64,000 bases of DNA from an uncultured Anaerolineales bacterium. GTDB lineage: Bacteria > Chloroflexota > Anaerolineae > UBA7937 > B3-Chlor. The stretch is from the NCBI GenBank assembly GCA_964433755.1, contig CAYSSR010000002.1, positions 212,220 to 276,219 of the forward strand. The letters run 5' to 3'. Position 1 is the first letter of the stretch. Each line of letters starts with the position of its first letter. Below are positions 46,242 through 55,398 of the stretch, piece after piece. A program made the position numbers and the translations under genes. Under the pieces are notes generated by a model. That model had not been told where the DNA came from and ran no database searches. It worked only from the letters and a program-made list of their open reading frames with translations.

Positions 46242-47237
46242 CTAGCCGCCGAGCTGAGACATGGTTCGCCGCAGCGAAGTCACCGACTCCGCCAGGTGGT
46301 GCTCGCGCGGCTTGCTCTGCACACCCCTGAGCAGCAGTTCCCTAATCTCGGCCACGCCCGCGCCCTGCCGCAACGGGGTCCGCAGATCGATCTCCGCGTC
46401 CGAGAGAAGACACGGCCGAAGCTGCCCGTCAGCCGTCAGGCGCATCCTGTTGCATCGGCAGCAGAAATGCTCGCTGATCGGGGTTATGAAGCCCACAGTG
46501 CCCCGCGCTCCCGGCAACCGGTAGTAGCGCGCAGGTCCGTTCCCGACAGATACCTTCGCTGCTGTCAGTGGCCCAAGCTCGCTCTCGATCTTTCCCCGCA
46601 TCTCCTCCGCGGTCACGACCTTCTGTCGCCATTCGTCGCCGACAAGGCTTCCACTGCCTACCGGCATTAGCTCGATGAAACGCAGATCCCAGCCCTCCTC
46701 TATCGTTTGGCGAGCGAAGTCAACGATCTCATCATCATTGATGCCCCTGATGACCACCGCGTTGATCTTTACGGGATCGAGCCCCGTTCTCCTGGCAGTC
46801 TCTATTCCATCCAGCACGTCCTGGAGCCGCCCGCCACGAGTGATCCACGCGAAGCGCTCCGGACGCAGTGAGTCGACGCTGACGTTGACCCTACGGAGCC
46901 CCGCCTTGGCCAGAGCAGATGCATAGCGCGATAGCAGAGTGCCATTTGTGGTCATCGCCAGGTCGTCGATCCCCGGGATGCCGGATAGCATCCTCACCAG
47001 ATCCACTACCCCCAACCGAACCAAAGGCTCACCACCTGTCAGGCGCACCTTGCTGATCTGTAGTTCTGCGGCCGCGCGCACTACGGTCTCGATCTCTTCG
47101 TAGGTCAGAATCGCTCCGTGCCCGACCGACGGCACACCCTCCTCGGGCATACAGTACTCGCATCGCAGGTTGCAGCGATCAGTCACAGAGATGCGAAGAT
47201 AGCTGATCGGACGATTGCACGGATCCAGATGTGTCAT
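46242..47237 (-). CDS. moaA: GTP 3',8-cyclase
   Basis: YLRISVTDRCNLRCEYC, RLTGGEPL, FCCRCNRMRLTADG.LRPCL, C-terminal GG. Confidence 0.96.
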   Translation of the reverse strand: MTHLDPCNRPISYLRISVTDRCNLRCEYCMPEEGVPSVGHGAILTYEEIETVVRAAAELQISKVRLTGGEPLVRLGVVDLVRMLSGIPGIDDLAMTTNGTLLSRYASALAKAGLRRVNVSVDSLRPERFAWITRGGRLQDVLDGIETARRTGLDPVKINAVVIRGINDDEIVDFARQTIEEGWDLRFIELMPVGSGSLVGDEWRQKVVTAEEMRGKIESELGPLTAAKVSVGNGPARYYRLPGARGTVGFITPISEHFCCRCNRMRLTADGQLRPCLLSDAEIDLRTPLRQGAGVAEIRELLLRGVQSKPREHHLAESVTSLRRTMSQLGG

Positions 47238-47354
47238 CGACCCCCGACGACTCCCTCTTGACCGTCAGCCCACACGGCCAGACAGCTTACGCCTCCCACC
47301 GTAGCCACTTCTCTCCCCTCAGCGGGCACCGTGCCCACCAAGCCACGAAGGTTC

Positions 47355-47388
47355 AAAAAAGGCGCCCCCTGAAAGGTAGTGGACGCCT
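47355..47388 (-). terminator. Intrinsic terminator (riboswitch expression platform of moa operon)
   Basis: Minus strand AGGCGTCC...GGGGCGCC followed by TTTTTT. Confidence 0.8.
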
Positions 47389-47410
47389 CACCAAATCCTG
47401 TCTGCAGCCC

Positions 47411-47509
47411 TTCTCCTTTCCAACCACGGGAGGCATAACCGTTTCCAGTTGTGCCCTGTCGCCCAATACCCGTAAGCCCGAGGACTCCCAGGGTCATTGG
47501 GTCGGAGAA
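47411..47509 (-). ncRNA. Moco/Tuco riboswitch upstream of moaA
   Basis: TTCTCC GACCCAATGACCCTGGG...GGGTATTGGG...AGGGC ACAACT GGAAAC GGTTAT GCCTCCC GTGGTT GGAAA GGAGAA. Confidence 0.9.
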
Positions 47510-47530
47510 TCGGTCTATACTCTCGATTCT

Positions 47531-47559
47531 ATTATACGGTCCGCAGAGCCGGAACGCAA
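47531..47559 (-). promoter_or_regulatory. Sigma70 promoter for riboswitch-moa operon
   Basis: TTGCGT-17 bp-TATAAT. Confidence 0.7.
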
Positions 47560-47696
47560 ACCCTGGCTAGTCTAGGCACTGTATGTGGCGGGCACGCGCT
47601 CTCGGTGGAGCAGACACATCCAAGAGGATCCGGTCCCCCGTGAGCAGGACAGGCTGGCAGCGGGTATGACAGCATTCTCAGCAACGCTGGATCGTG

Positions 47697-48638
47697 CTAG
47701 CGGAGCGCCTCCTCGAGGGCGCGCTGGGTCTCACGCGTATCAAGGGGACCAGGGTAGTTGTACAACGGCCCTCTCGGCGGCTCGTTGTAGTAGGGACGGT
47801 TGCAGCCTGGGCAGCCCGACGTCCGAAAGGCCTGGCCATCCAGCAGCGCTCTCTCCAGCTCGTCGCGTCCCAGTCCGAAGGACACCACCTGCCCTCGAGG
47901 CGAGAAGGCGAAGTCCTCGACCGCCACCCGGCCATTCACGATCAGGTATCTGGCTATCTGAACCCGCCGGTAGCTCGACACAGACGGAGAAGCCTGGTCT
48001 TCCATGGTGGTTCCAGGGATCGGAGTGAAGGCGAAGAGCGCAGGTGTGACCTCCCAATCGTGGAGGAGGGCTATCATGCGCACCATCTGTTCCTCCGTCT
48101 CCCCCAGCCCTACCATCAGGTGAGTGCTGACCCGCCCGGGAAAGCGATGTGCGGCCTCTTCGATGACTGCGAGGGACGCGCGGAGATTCCCTCCCTTCAC
48201 CCGGTGGAAGGCCTCCTCGTTGACGGCGTCGAGACTCAGCCCTATCCTCTCCACACCAGCCTCGAGCAGGTCCTCGGCCTGATCCGCGTTAGCCACCACA
48301 GAAACGCTGAGAGGCACCTTCCGGCCCAGTCGGGTCGCTATGGCTCCCACGCGATCCAGATTCCCAGGGCCGACCGTGACCTGCAAACAGCACCGCTCGA
48401 TGCTGCCCTTCGAGTAGGCCTCTTCCACCGCAGAGAGAGTCTCCTCCTCGTCACACTGCGGCCAGGTGACGCGAGACAATGCCAGCGCCGAGGCCCTGCT
48501 GCTTCGCGCCTGAGCACAGAAAGCACAGTCACGACGACAACGCCCCCCCACCATCAGGTAAGCCGTGGTCGGGGGGGCGTCCAGCCAAGTCTCTGCCAAG
48601 CCCAGGACGCCAAGCGTCCCTGATGAGACTTTGATCAA
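47697..48638 (-). CDS. lipS2: LipS2-type (biotin-synthase-related) radical SAM protein
   Basis: TTAYLM..G.CRRDCAFC, LSRVTWP, C-terminal TSGCPGCNRP matching the LipS2 TxGCPxC(N/D)RP motif; TTG start after AGGAG. Confidence 0.72.
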   Translation of the reverse strand: MIKVSSGTLGVLGLAETWLDAPPTTAYLMVGGRCRRDCAFCAQARSSRASALALSRVTWPQCDEEETLSAVEEAYSKGSIERCCLQVTVGPGNLDRVGAIATRLGRKVPLSVSVVANADQAEDLLEAGVERIGLSLDAVNEEAFHRVKGGNLRASLAVIEEAAHRFPGRVSTHLMVGLGETEEQMVRMIALLHDWEVTPALFAFTPIPGTTMEDQASPSVSSYRRVQIARYLIVNGRVAVEDFAFSPRGQVVSFGLGRDELERALLDGQAFRTSGCPGCNRPYYNEPPRGPLYNYPGPLDTRETQRALEEALR

Positions 48639-48652
48639 CCGACTCCTCGCTC

Positions 48653-49312
48653 CTACTCCGCTGACTCCTCTGTCGGCGCCACGCGCTCCGCACCTCGCGC
48701 CTTCAAACGACGATAGATGAAGAACCCAACCAGCGCCAGCACGACGAGGATGATCGGGATGTCGAAGGGGCGCATCGCTTCCCGGACCCTCTCCCAGTGC
48801 TCCCCGAACACGTAGCCAGCCCATCCAAGGACCCAGCACCAGATGAAGGAACCCGTGAAGGTCCATACCGTGAACTTGACGAAGTTCATGCGGGCCACGC
48901 CGGCCGGCAGCGAGATGAAGGTGCGCACCACCGGCAACAACCGGGAGAAGAACGCCGTGTGCTCTCCATACCTGGCAAACCACCGGTCCGCCACCTCTAT
49001 CTCGTGGGTTTGGATCAGGACGTACTTCCCATACTTCTCCAGAAGCGGCCTCCCACCTTTGGCACCGATCCAGTAAGTGAAGACGGAACCCAGCGTGCAG
49101 CCCACGGCGCCCCACCAACCCGCCCAGAAAGTGTGCCACACTGACAAGCCCTTGGCCTGGATCAGCATCCATCCCGCCAGAGGCATGGTGACCTCGCTGG
49201 GCAATGGTATGCAAGCGCTCTCGATGGCCATAGCCAGAACAATGCCAGCCCAGCCAACGGCTTGGATAAGATTCTGAAGGAATAGCACAATCTGATGCTC
49301 AATCGCTTCCAA
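48653..49312 (-). CDS. DedA family membrane protein
   Basis: MAIESACIPLPSEV, FFSRLLPVVRTFISLPAG. Confidence 0.93.
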   Translation of the reverse strand: MEAIEHQIVLFLQNLIQAVGWAGIVLAMAIESACIPLPSEVTMPLAGWMLIQAKGLSVWHTFWAGWWGAVGCTLGSVFTYWIGAKGGRPLLEKYGKYVLIQTHEIEVADRWFARYGEHTAFFSRLLPVVRTFISLPAGVARMNFVKFTVWTFTGSFIWCWVLGWAGYVFGEHWERVREAMRPFDIPIILVVLALVGFFIYRRLKARGAERVAPTEESAE

Positions 49313-49408
49313 CCGCCTATCCTCCTTACGTGTAACGAAAAGACAAGTGACCGATTATAGCATCAGCACAGAGCTGGGGACAACGAGGCACTGCTGGGAA
49401 ACGAGGGG

Positions 49409-49678
49409 TCAGAAGGTGCGGGATGATGTCTGGGAGGAGGACAAGGTATTGGCGATAGCCGCCAAACTGTCCATGTTGGACAGACTCAAGGAAACCCCGT
49501 GGTCATTCAACTCGCGATAGCCCATGCCTTTGAACAACCGGTAGCTGGCCACCCGACACATCTCATCGTACAACTCGGGCCACTTGCAGCCGCGCCTCTC
49601 GACGCAGAAGGAAACGAACTCTTTGGCCAGCGGATTGTCATCGACGACCACGGGTCTCTCCCGAAACAGGTCTGTCAT
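49409..49678 (-). CDS. Small hypothetical protein
   Basis: FVSFCVERRGCKWPELYDEMCRVASYRLFKGMGYREL reads as a compact helical protein; no RBS seen. Confidence 0.55.
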   Translation of the reverse strand: MTDLFRERPVVVDDNPLAKEFVSFCVERRGCKWPELYDEMCRVASYRLFKGMGYRELNDHGVSLSLSNMDSLAAIANTLSSSQTSSRTF

Positions 49679-50057
49679 AGAGGAGAAAGACAACGATCCA
49701 AGTTCGCTTCGCCGCGTTCTGCAAGCATCGCTATTCTACCAGACCCACATACCATTCTACCACAGACAACGCCCCTGCACTCTTAAAGAATACGCCAGCT
49801 TACCTTAAAGATCGGACCGGCGGTTCGAGCAACCTCTGCGAAAAGCACGACCCAACCGCTGTCTCTGCCGTCGGCAAGCTGACCAACAGACAGTCGTGGG
49901 AGATACGAGTCCAGACCGGACCCTCGACCGCTGATCCGTGGCATACGAACTCCTTGCTGTCGTCGTCGTCTCGGCGCTACCCCTGAGGAGCCGGCTTCGT
50001 CGCGCTGGCGATAGCCGTCCAGACCACCGCGCCAGGCCGAACTCCTGCCGCGCTCCG

Positions 50058-50086
50058 TTGCAGCGGCTCTACCTTACAGGTATAAT
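50058..50086 (+). promoter_or_regulatory. Putative sigma70 promoter for holB-ricT
   Basis: TTGCAG-17 bp-TATAAT. Confidence 0.6.
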
Positions 50087-50107
50087 GATTGAGGGAAAGG
50101 ATCACTC

Positions 50108-51118
50108 ATGTGGCAAGTGACGGGGCACGACTGGGTCGTAGGCATTCTGAGTGGCAGCATCGCCCGGGACAAGGTATCACACGCCTATCTGTTTGCCGGC
50201 CCGTCCAACGTAGGCAAGAGCACGCTGGCTTTGAATCTGGCGCAGGCGCTGACCTGTGAGAGCGAGGATAGGCCGTGTGGTCAGTGTAGCCCCTGTCGCA
50301 AGACCATGGCAGGGATCCATCCCGACGTTCGGAGGGTCAACCTCCAGTACCAGGCTCTCCTCCGCGATGAGACCAGTGGAGAGCAGAACGAGCTGCGGAT
50401 CGACACCATCAGAAGCATCACCCAGGAGGTAGGTCTCAAACCCTTCGAGGGAGACAGAAAGGTCTTCATCATCGAAGACGCAGACAACATGACCACCCAG
50501 GCCGCCAACTCGATGCTCAAGACTCTGGAAGAACCTCCGCCATACGCCGTCCTGATCCTGACGGCGAGCGAACCGCGACTCCTCCTGCCCACGATCGTCT
50601 CGCGTTGTCAGGTCTTCACCCTCCGCCTGGTGCCCACCCGTCTGATAGAGACCCACTTGCGATCTCGCTCTGGAATGGAAGCGGAGCAAGCCAGCCAACT
50701 GGCCAGGCTGAGCGGAGGTAGAATCGGCTGGGCTATCAGCGTCGCTGAGGACGAATCGCTGATGAAGCAGAGAGACGAAACACTACGGCAGTTGACAGCA
50801 TTGCCCAAGATGGGACGATTCGACCGCCTCGGCTTCGCACAGCAGCTTGCTCGTAGATCGCGGTCGGTGGGATCGGTTCTGGAACTGTGGCTCAACTGGT
50901 GGAGAGACCTGCTGCTGATCAAAGGTGGTAACCCAGACAACATCGCCAACGTGGATTTCTCTGCGGCACTCAGTCGAGAAGCCCGAGGGTACGAGCTGAA
51001 GGATATTGTCGCCTTCATCAACTCCATTCGCGTTGCTCTGAACCAACTGGAGATGAACATCGACCCTCGTCTGGCCCTCGAAGTGCTAATGCTGGACTTG
51101 CCTTCACCCAGTGATTGA
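50108..51118 (+). CDS. holB: DNA polymerase III delta' subunit
   Basis: HAYLFAGP..VGK, CGQCSPC, HPDV, KVFIIEDADNM..QAANS.LKTLEEPP, LLPTIVSRC. Confidence 0.95.
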   Translation: MWQVTGHDWVVGILSGSIARDKVSHAYLFAGPSNVGKSTLALNLAQALTCESEDRPCGQCSPCRKTMAGIHPDVRRVNLQYQALLRDETSGEQNELRIDTIRSITQEVGLKPFEGDRKVFIIEDADNMTTQAANSMLKTLEEPPPYAVLILTASEPRLLLPTIVSRCQVFTLRLVPTRLIETHLRSRSGMEAEQASQLARLSGGRIGWAISVAEDESLMKQRDETLRQLTALPKMGRFDRLGFAQQLARRSRSVGSVLELWLNWWRDLLLIKGGNPDNIANVDFSAALSREARGYELKDIVAFINSIRVALNQLEMNIDPRLALEVLMLDLPSPSD

Positions 51119-51129
51119 GAGGACAGACC

Positions 51130-51960
51130 ATGTCCCAAGTCGTAGGTATTCGTTTCAGGAACTCTGGAAAAGTCTACTACTTCAACAGCGCCAAGGTGCA
51201 CGACCTGGAGCTAGGTGAGCACGTCGTGGTGGATACCACCCGAGGACAGGAGGTGGGCATCGTCGTCTGCGCCCTGGAGAAGGCACCAGAGGACATCTCC
51301 AAAGAGGCTCTCAAGCCGGTGCACCGACGAGCCGAGCCCTTGGACTTGGTGCAAATGGAGCGGTATCGTCTCCGCGAGGCGCGCGCGCTGGCTCGGTGCG
51401 AAGAGAAACTAGAGGAACACAGGCTGCCCATCAAACTGTTGAAGGCAGAGTTCAACTTCGACGGCAGTCATCTCCTCGTGTACTTCGTTTCCGAGAAGCG
51501 GGTGGACTTTCGCAAGTTCGTCCAGGATCTGAGGAAGACCCTGAAGACCAAGGTGGAGTTGCGCCAGGTCGGGGTCCGGGACGAGGCCAAGCTCATGGGG
51601 GGCGTGGGGCGCTGCGGTAGAGAGCTCTGCTGCTCCACGTTTATGCAGGACTTCAGCCCGGTCTCCATCAAGATGGCCAAGCGACAGAACATCTCGCTCA
51701 ACCCTTCCGAGATCTCCGGCGCCTGTGGAAGACTTCTGTGCTGTCTGGCGTACGAAGACGAGTACTACCAGGAGGTCAAGAAGAAGCTACCGCAACTTAG
51801 GGAGATCGTCAATACCACCTACGGATCCGGAGAAGTGAGGGCGCTCAACGCCTTGAAGCAGACTGTGACCGTGGAGTTGAAGAACGAAGTTACAGTCGAA
51901 GTCACACCCGACGAGATACTGGAGACCACAGGAAAGAAGGCCAAACGCAGGCGTTCCTGA
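51130..51960 (+). CDS. ricT: PSP1/RicT (YaaT) protein
   Basis: RVDFR, LRQVGVRDEAK, GRCGRELCC, KMAKRQNISLNP.EISGACGRLLCCL; follows holB. Confidence 0.93.
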   Translation: MSQVVGIRFRNSGKVYYFNSAKVHDLELGEHVVVDTTRGQEVGIVVCALEKAPEDISKEALKPVHRRAEPLDLVQMERYRLREARALARCEEKLEEHRLPIKLLKAEFNFDGSHLLVYFVSEKRVDFRKFVQDLRKTLKTKVELRQVGVRDEAKLMGGVGRCGRELCCSTFMQDFSPVSIKMAKRQNISLNPSEISGACGRLLCCLAYEDEYYQEVKKKLPQLREIVNTTYGSGEVRALNALKQTVTVELKNEVTVEVTPDEILETTGKKAKRRRS

Positions 51961-51985
51961 TCGTGCCCTTCTTTATGCCGCGGTG

Positions 51986-52807
51986 CTAACGGCCCGCCAG
52001 AGTCCGCAGACGCTCCAGCGATTCGAGAGGTACGGGCACCTCACCCAGAGAGGCCGCGGGATTCCCCCCATTGTAGCCGTGAAAGTCGCTGCCTCCCGTG
52101 GCCACTAGGCTGTGCTGATGAGCCAATCTGGCCAGCAAGGCTCTCTCCTGCTCGGAATACGAAGGGTAGTAGGCCTCCAGTCCGACCAGGCCCAGGGCCG
52201 CCAGCCTGGGGACCACGTCCTCCTGCCCCCGGGGATGCGCGAGAACTGGCAATCCCTGGGCATCCATGATCATCTTCACAGCCTCCGCTGGCGTCAGCTT
52301 GTACCGGCTCACGTAGGCGGGACCACGCAAACCGATATACCGGCCGAAGGCCTCGTTCACACTACCCACGTGGCCCCCTTCCAGCAGGGCCTGGGCTATG
52401 TGAGGGCGTCCAAAGGCCGAGGTCTCTCCCGCGATCTCCAGCACGCGCTCCCAGGAGACGGGAACGCCCATGGTGTCCAGCTTCTCCACCATCTTCCAGG
52501 CGCGCTCCCGACGTGCACGGCGCAGTACGGTTAGTCTCTCCTGTAGGGCCTGGTCCCGGTGATCGATGTAGTATCCCAGGATATGAACCTCTCGCGGTCC
52601 GTCCTCAGCGCTGAGTTCGATCCCGGGAATGACCTCCAGGCGCTCGGTCCTCGCGGCGTCGACAGCTTGGTCGACCCCATCGGTAGTGTCGTGGTCGGTG
52701 ATGGCAATGGCCTCGAGGCCCTTGTCGACGCCCACCTGAACCACCTGAGCAGGGTTGAGAACCCCATCAGAGGCGGTGGTATGGATGTGAAGGTCCACTC
52801 CGCCCAT
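51986..52807 (-). CDS. PHP-domain phosphoesterase
   Basis: DLHIHTTASDG, ITDHD, GIELS, HILGY, RPHIA, LAHP, GGSDFHG. Confidence 0.93.
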   Translation of the reverse strand: MGGVDLHIHTTASDGVLNPAQVVQVGVDKGLEAIAITDHDTTDGVDQAVDAARTERLEVIPGIELSAEDGPREVHILGYYIDHRDQALQERLTVLRRARRERAWKMVEKLDTMGVPVSWERVLEIAGETSAFGRPHIAQALLEGGHVGSVNEAFGRYIGLRGPAYVSRYKLTPAEAVKMIMDAQGLPVLAHPRGQEDVVPRLAALGLVGLEAYYPSYSEQERALLARLAHQHSLVATGGSDFHGYNGGNPAASLGEVPVPLESLERLRTLAGR

Positions 52808-52808
52808 A

Positions 52809-54128
52809 CTATGCCCTGCCCAGGCGACCCAGCAGGGTTTGCTTAACCTCCGGAATGGGGACGCGCACCTGCTCCATGCTGTCCCGCTCACGGATGGTGA
52901 CTGCGTGGTCCTCGAGGCTGTCCACATCCACGGTGACGCAGAAAGGAGTCCCTATCTCGTCCTGCCTTCGATACAGACGACCGATGCTGGCCGTGTCGTC
53001 ATACGCCGTGGTCACGTGGGTCCTCAGATCCGACGCGATCTCCTGGGCCAGGTCAACCAGTTCCGGCCTGTTGCGCAGGAGAGGCAGAACCGCCACCTTG
53101 ACGGGCGCCAGGTCCGGATGGAACTTCAACACGACGCGCTTTCTCTTCCTTACCTTCTCTTCTCGATAAGCGTCTACCAGGAAAGCCAACGCCGCCCGGT
53201 CGATCCCGCCCGACGGCTCGATGATATAGGGGACGATGTGAGTGCCACTCTCCTCGTCGAAGTAGGTCAGCTCCCGGCCGCTGAATAGCGTGTGCTGGCG
53301 CAGGTCGAAGTCGGTCCGGTTCGATATCCCTTCCAGTTCGGCCCATCCAAAGGGGAACAGATACTCGATGTCGTATGTAGCCTTGGAGTAATGAGCGAGC
53401 TCGTCGCCCTCGTGCTGTCGAAGACGCAGATACTCCTTGCGCAGCCCATACCTCACGTACCAGTCCAACCGCTCCTGCACCCACTTCTGGTGCCACTCCT
53501 CGTCGGTGCCCGGCTTGACGAAGTACTCGATCTCCATCTGCTCGAACTCTCGAGTGCGGAAGGTGAAGTTGCGAGGCGTTATCTCGTTGCGAAACGCCTT
53601 GCCGATCTGAGCGATGCCGAAAGGGAGTTTCCTGCGTGAAGCGTCCAGCACATTGGCGAAGTTGACGAACATACCCTGTGCGGTCTCCGGCCTCAGGTAG
53701 GTGAGGGCAGCATCGTCTTCCACAGGTCCCAGATAGGTCTTCAACATCAGATTGAACAGGCGCGCCTCCGTGAGCTCCCCGCCACACTCGGGGCACACGC
53801 CGTTCTCGACGTGATCGGCTCGAAACCGCTTCTTGCAGTTCTTGCAGTCCACGAGGGGGTCCGTGAAGCTCTCGACGTGACCGCTCGCTTCCCAGACCTT
53901 GGGGTGCATCAGAATGCCGGCATCGAGACCGACGATGTCGTCCCGCCGGTGGACCATGTCCCTCCACCAGACCTGCTTGATGTTCCTCTTCAGCTCCACG
54001 CCAAAGGGACCGTAGTCCCAGGAACCACCAACACCACCGTAGATCTCGCTGCTCTGGAAAATGAAGCCTCGCCTCTTGCACAGCGAGACGATGGTATCCA
54101 TGTCTACGGTGGTCTTCTCTTCAGCCAT
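52809..54128 (-). CDS. glyS: Glycine--tRNA ligase (homodimeric alpha2 type)
   Basis: KRRGF...[64 protein letters not shown]. Confidence 0.97.
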   Translation of the reverse strand: MAEEKTTVDMDTIVSLCKRRGFIFQSSEIYGGVGGSWDYGPFGVELKRNIKQVWWRDMVHRRDDIVGLDAGILMHPKVWEASGHVESFTDPLVDCKNCKKRFRADHVENGVCPECGGELTEARLFNLMLKTYLGPVEDDAALTYLRPETAQGMFVNFANVLDASRRKLPFGIAQIGKAFRNEITPRNFTFRTREFEQMEIEYFVKPGTDEEWHQKWVQERLDWYVRYGLRKEYLRLRQHEGDELAHYSKATYDIEYLFPFGWAELEGISNRTDFDLRQHTLFSGRELTYFDEESGTHIVPYIIEPSGGIDRAALAFLVDAYREEKVRKRKRVVLKFHPDLAPVKVAVLPLLRNRPELVDLAQEIASDLRTHVTTAYDDTASIGRLYRRQDEIGTPFCVTVDVDSLEDHAVTIRERDSMEQVRVPIPEVKQTLLGRLGRA

Positions 54129-54205
54129 TGGTCCTAACCGTCCTCTCTGATTGTTCGCTCTCTTCCCTTCGAGATCTTTGTGGCCTGTCCTTCACGAGCA
54201 CGATT

Positions 54206-55009
54206 CTATCTGCGTTGCAGAGCCCGAGCTCCAAGCCCGTCCTCCCTGCGCAGAGTGTCCAGGAAGTCAGCGGACTTCAGTCCGCGCTCCAGCAAGTAGA
54301 TGATGTACTGGCGCATGGTGTTCTGAAGTTCGTAATGCGTCTGCTGGTCAACACTCAGTCCTCGGCATCGACCGTAGCCTTTGGTCTGGAGATGGCGCAG
54401 TGTCTCCAGCGCCACCCCAGGCACGACGCGGCCTCCCCGCTCAACCCTCCCGCACTCTGGACAGAGCAACCCGCCCTGAGCAGGGCTGAACAAGGCTGCC
54501 GTCGGTTCCACGAGCCGTTGGCAGTTCACGCAGTGGAAGAGCTGGGGACGATAGCCGACGCAGTCCAGCAAGTGGAGTTCGAAGTACCGAAGGACCAGAT
54601 CCATGTCCTCGGCCTCGCCCAACCGCGCCAGCGTTTGCACGAGGAGATCAAAAACCCGCCCGTTCTCTTCCCTCTCCTCGGTGAACTTGTCCACCAGTTC
54701 AGCAACGTAGTACCCACAACTCGTACGCGACAGCTCCGTCCTCAGGGCCAGAAATGTGTTGATCGTATCCGCCTGAGTGACAATGTCCAGGTTCCTGCCT
54801 TTGGCGATGAGAAGGCTGTTATGAGTGAACAACTCCACGTGCCCGGCCTTCCTACTCTTGGGCTTGCGTACGCCCTTGGCCAGCACGCGTATCTTACCCA
54901 GACCGGGCGTGTACAGAGTCAGCAACCTGTCTGCTTCCCCGAAATCGTGCCGTCGCAGTACGACGGCTTCGGTGCGGTACAGCCGCTCCCTGGCGCTGGA
55001 AGGCATCAT
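54206..55009 (-). CDS. recO: DNA repair protein RecO
   Basis: GEADRLLTLYT..LGK...AKGVRKPKSR, CVNC/CPEC zinc finger. Confidence 0.95.
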   Translation of the reverse strand: MMPSSARERLYRTEAVVLRRHDFGEADRLLTLYTPGLGKIRVLAKGVRKPKSRKAGHVELFTHNSLLIAKGRNLDIVTQADTINTFLALRTELSRTSCGYYVAELVDKFTEEREENGRVFDLLVQTLARLGEAEDMDLVLRYFELHLLDCVGYRPQLFHCVNCQRLVEPTAALFSPAQGGLLCPECGRVERGGRVVPGVALETLRHLQTKGYGRCRGLSVDQQTHYELQNTMRQYIIYLLERGLKSADFLDTLRREDGLGARALQRR

Positions 55010-55314
55010 CCCCCTCGCACCGTGTTGAACCGGTGGGGCCGCGACCAGTTCTTCGCCATCTTGCGTTGATACAGCTCCTCGGCGTCGACCCCCATGGCTG
55101 AGAGTAGATGAAGGATGCGGATGATGGCGTCTATCAACTCCTCTCCGACCTTGTCCAGGTCTTCGCCCTTCTTGTAGGCGTCGGTAGCCTCCGAGACTTC
55201 GGTATGTATGAGGGCCAACATCTCCCAGATGCGCTCTTCGCCAGAGGAGAAACCCTTGGCGTCGGCCATCTCGCGCACCTCCACCATCATTCTGTTGAGC
55301 CCCCCGACCGTCAT
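55006..55314 (-). CDS. MazG-like nucleotide pyrophosphohydrolase
   Basis: LIHTEVSEA, EELIDAIIRI, KMAKNWSRP. Confidence 0.85.
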   Translation of the reverse strand: MTVGGLNRMMVEVREMADAKGFSSGEERIWEMLALIHTEVSEATDAYKKGEDLDKVGEELIDAIIRILHLLSAMGVDAEELYQRKMAKNWSRPHRFNTVRGG

Positions 55315-55398
55315 CCTCGCTGCACCCTCCTTCGAAGCATCCCGAAGCTCAGGCCTCGCCAGCCAGCGCGCTGAGACCCTAGATGGACTCCCCAGCCT

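Noticed and set aside
48639-49214. N-terminal 192 aa of the 505-aa ORF 47697..49214
   Set aside because: Overlaps the DedA gene in another frame; the true radical SAM start is TTG 48638 with an RBS.
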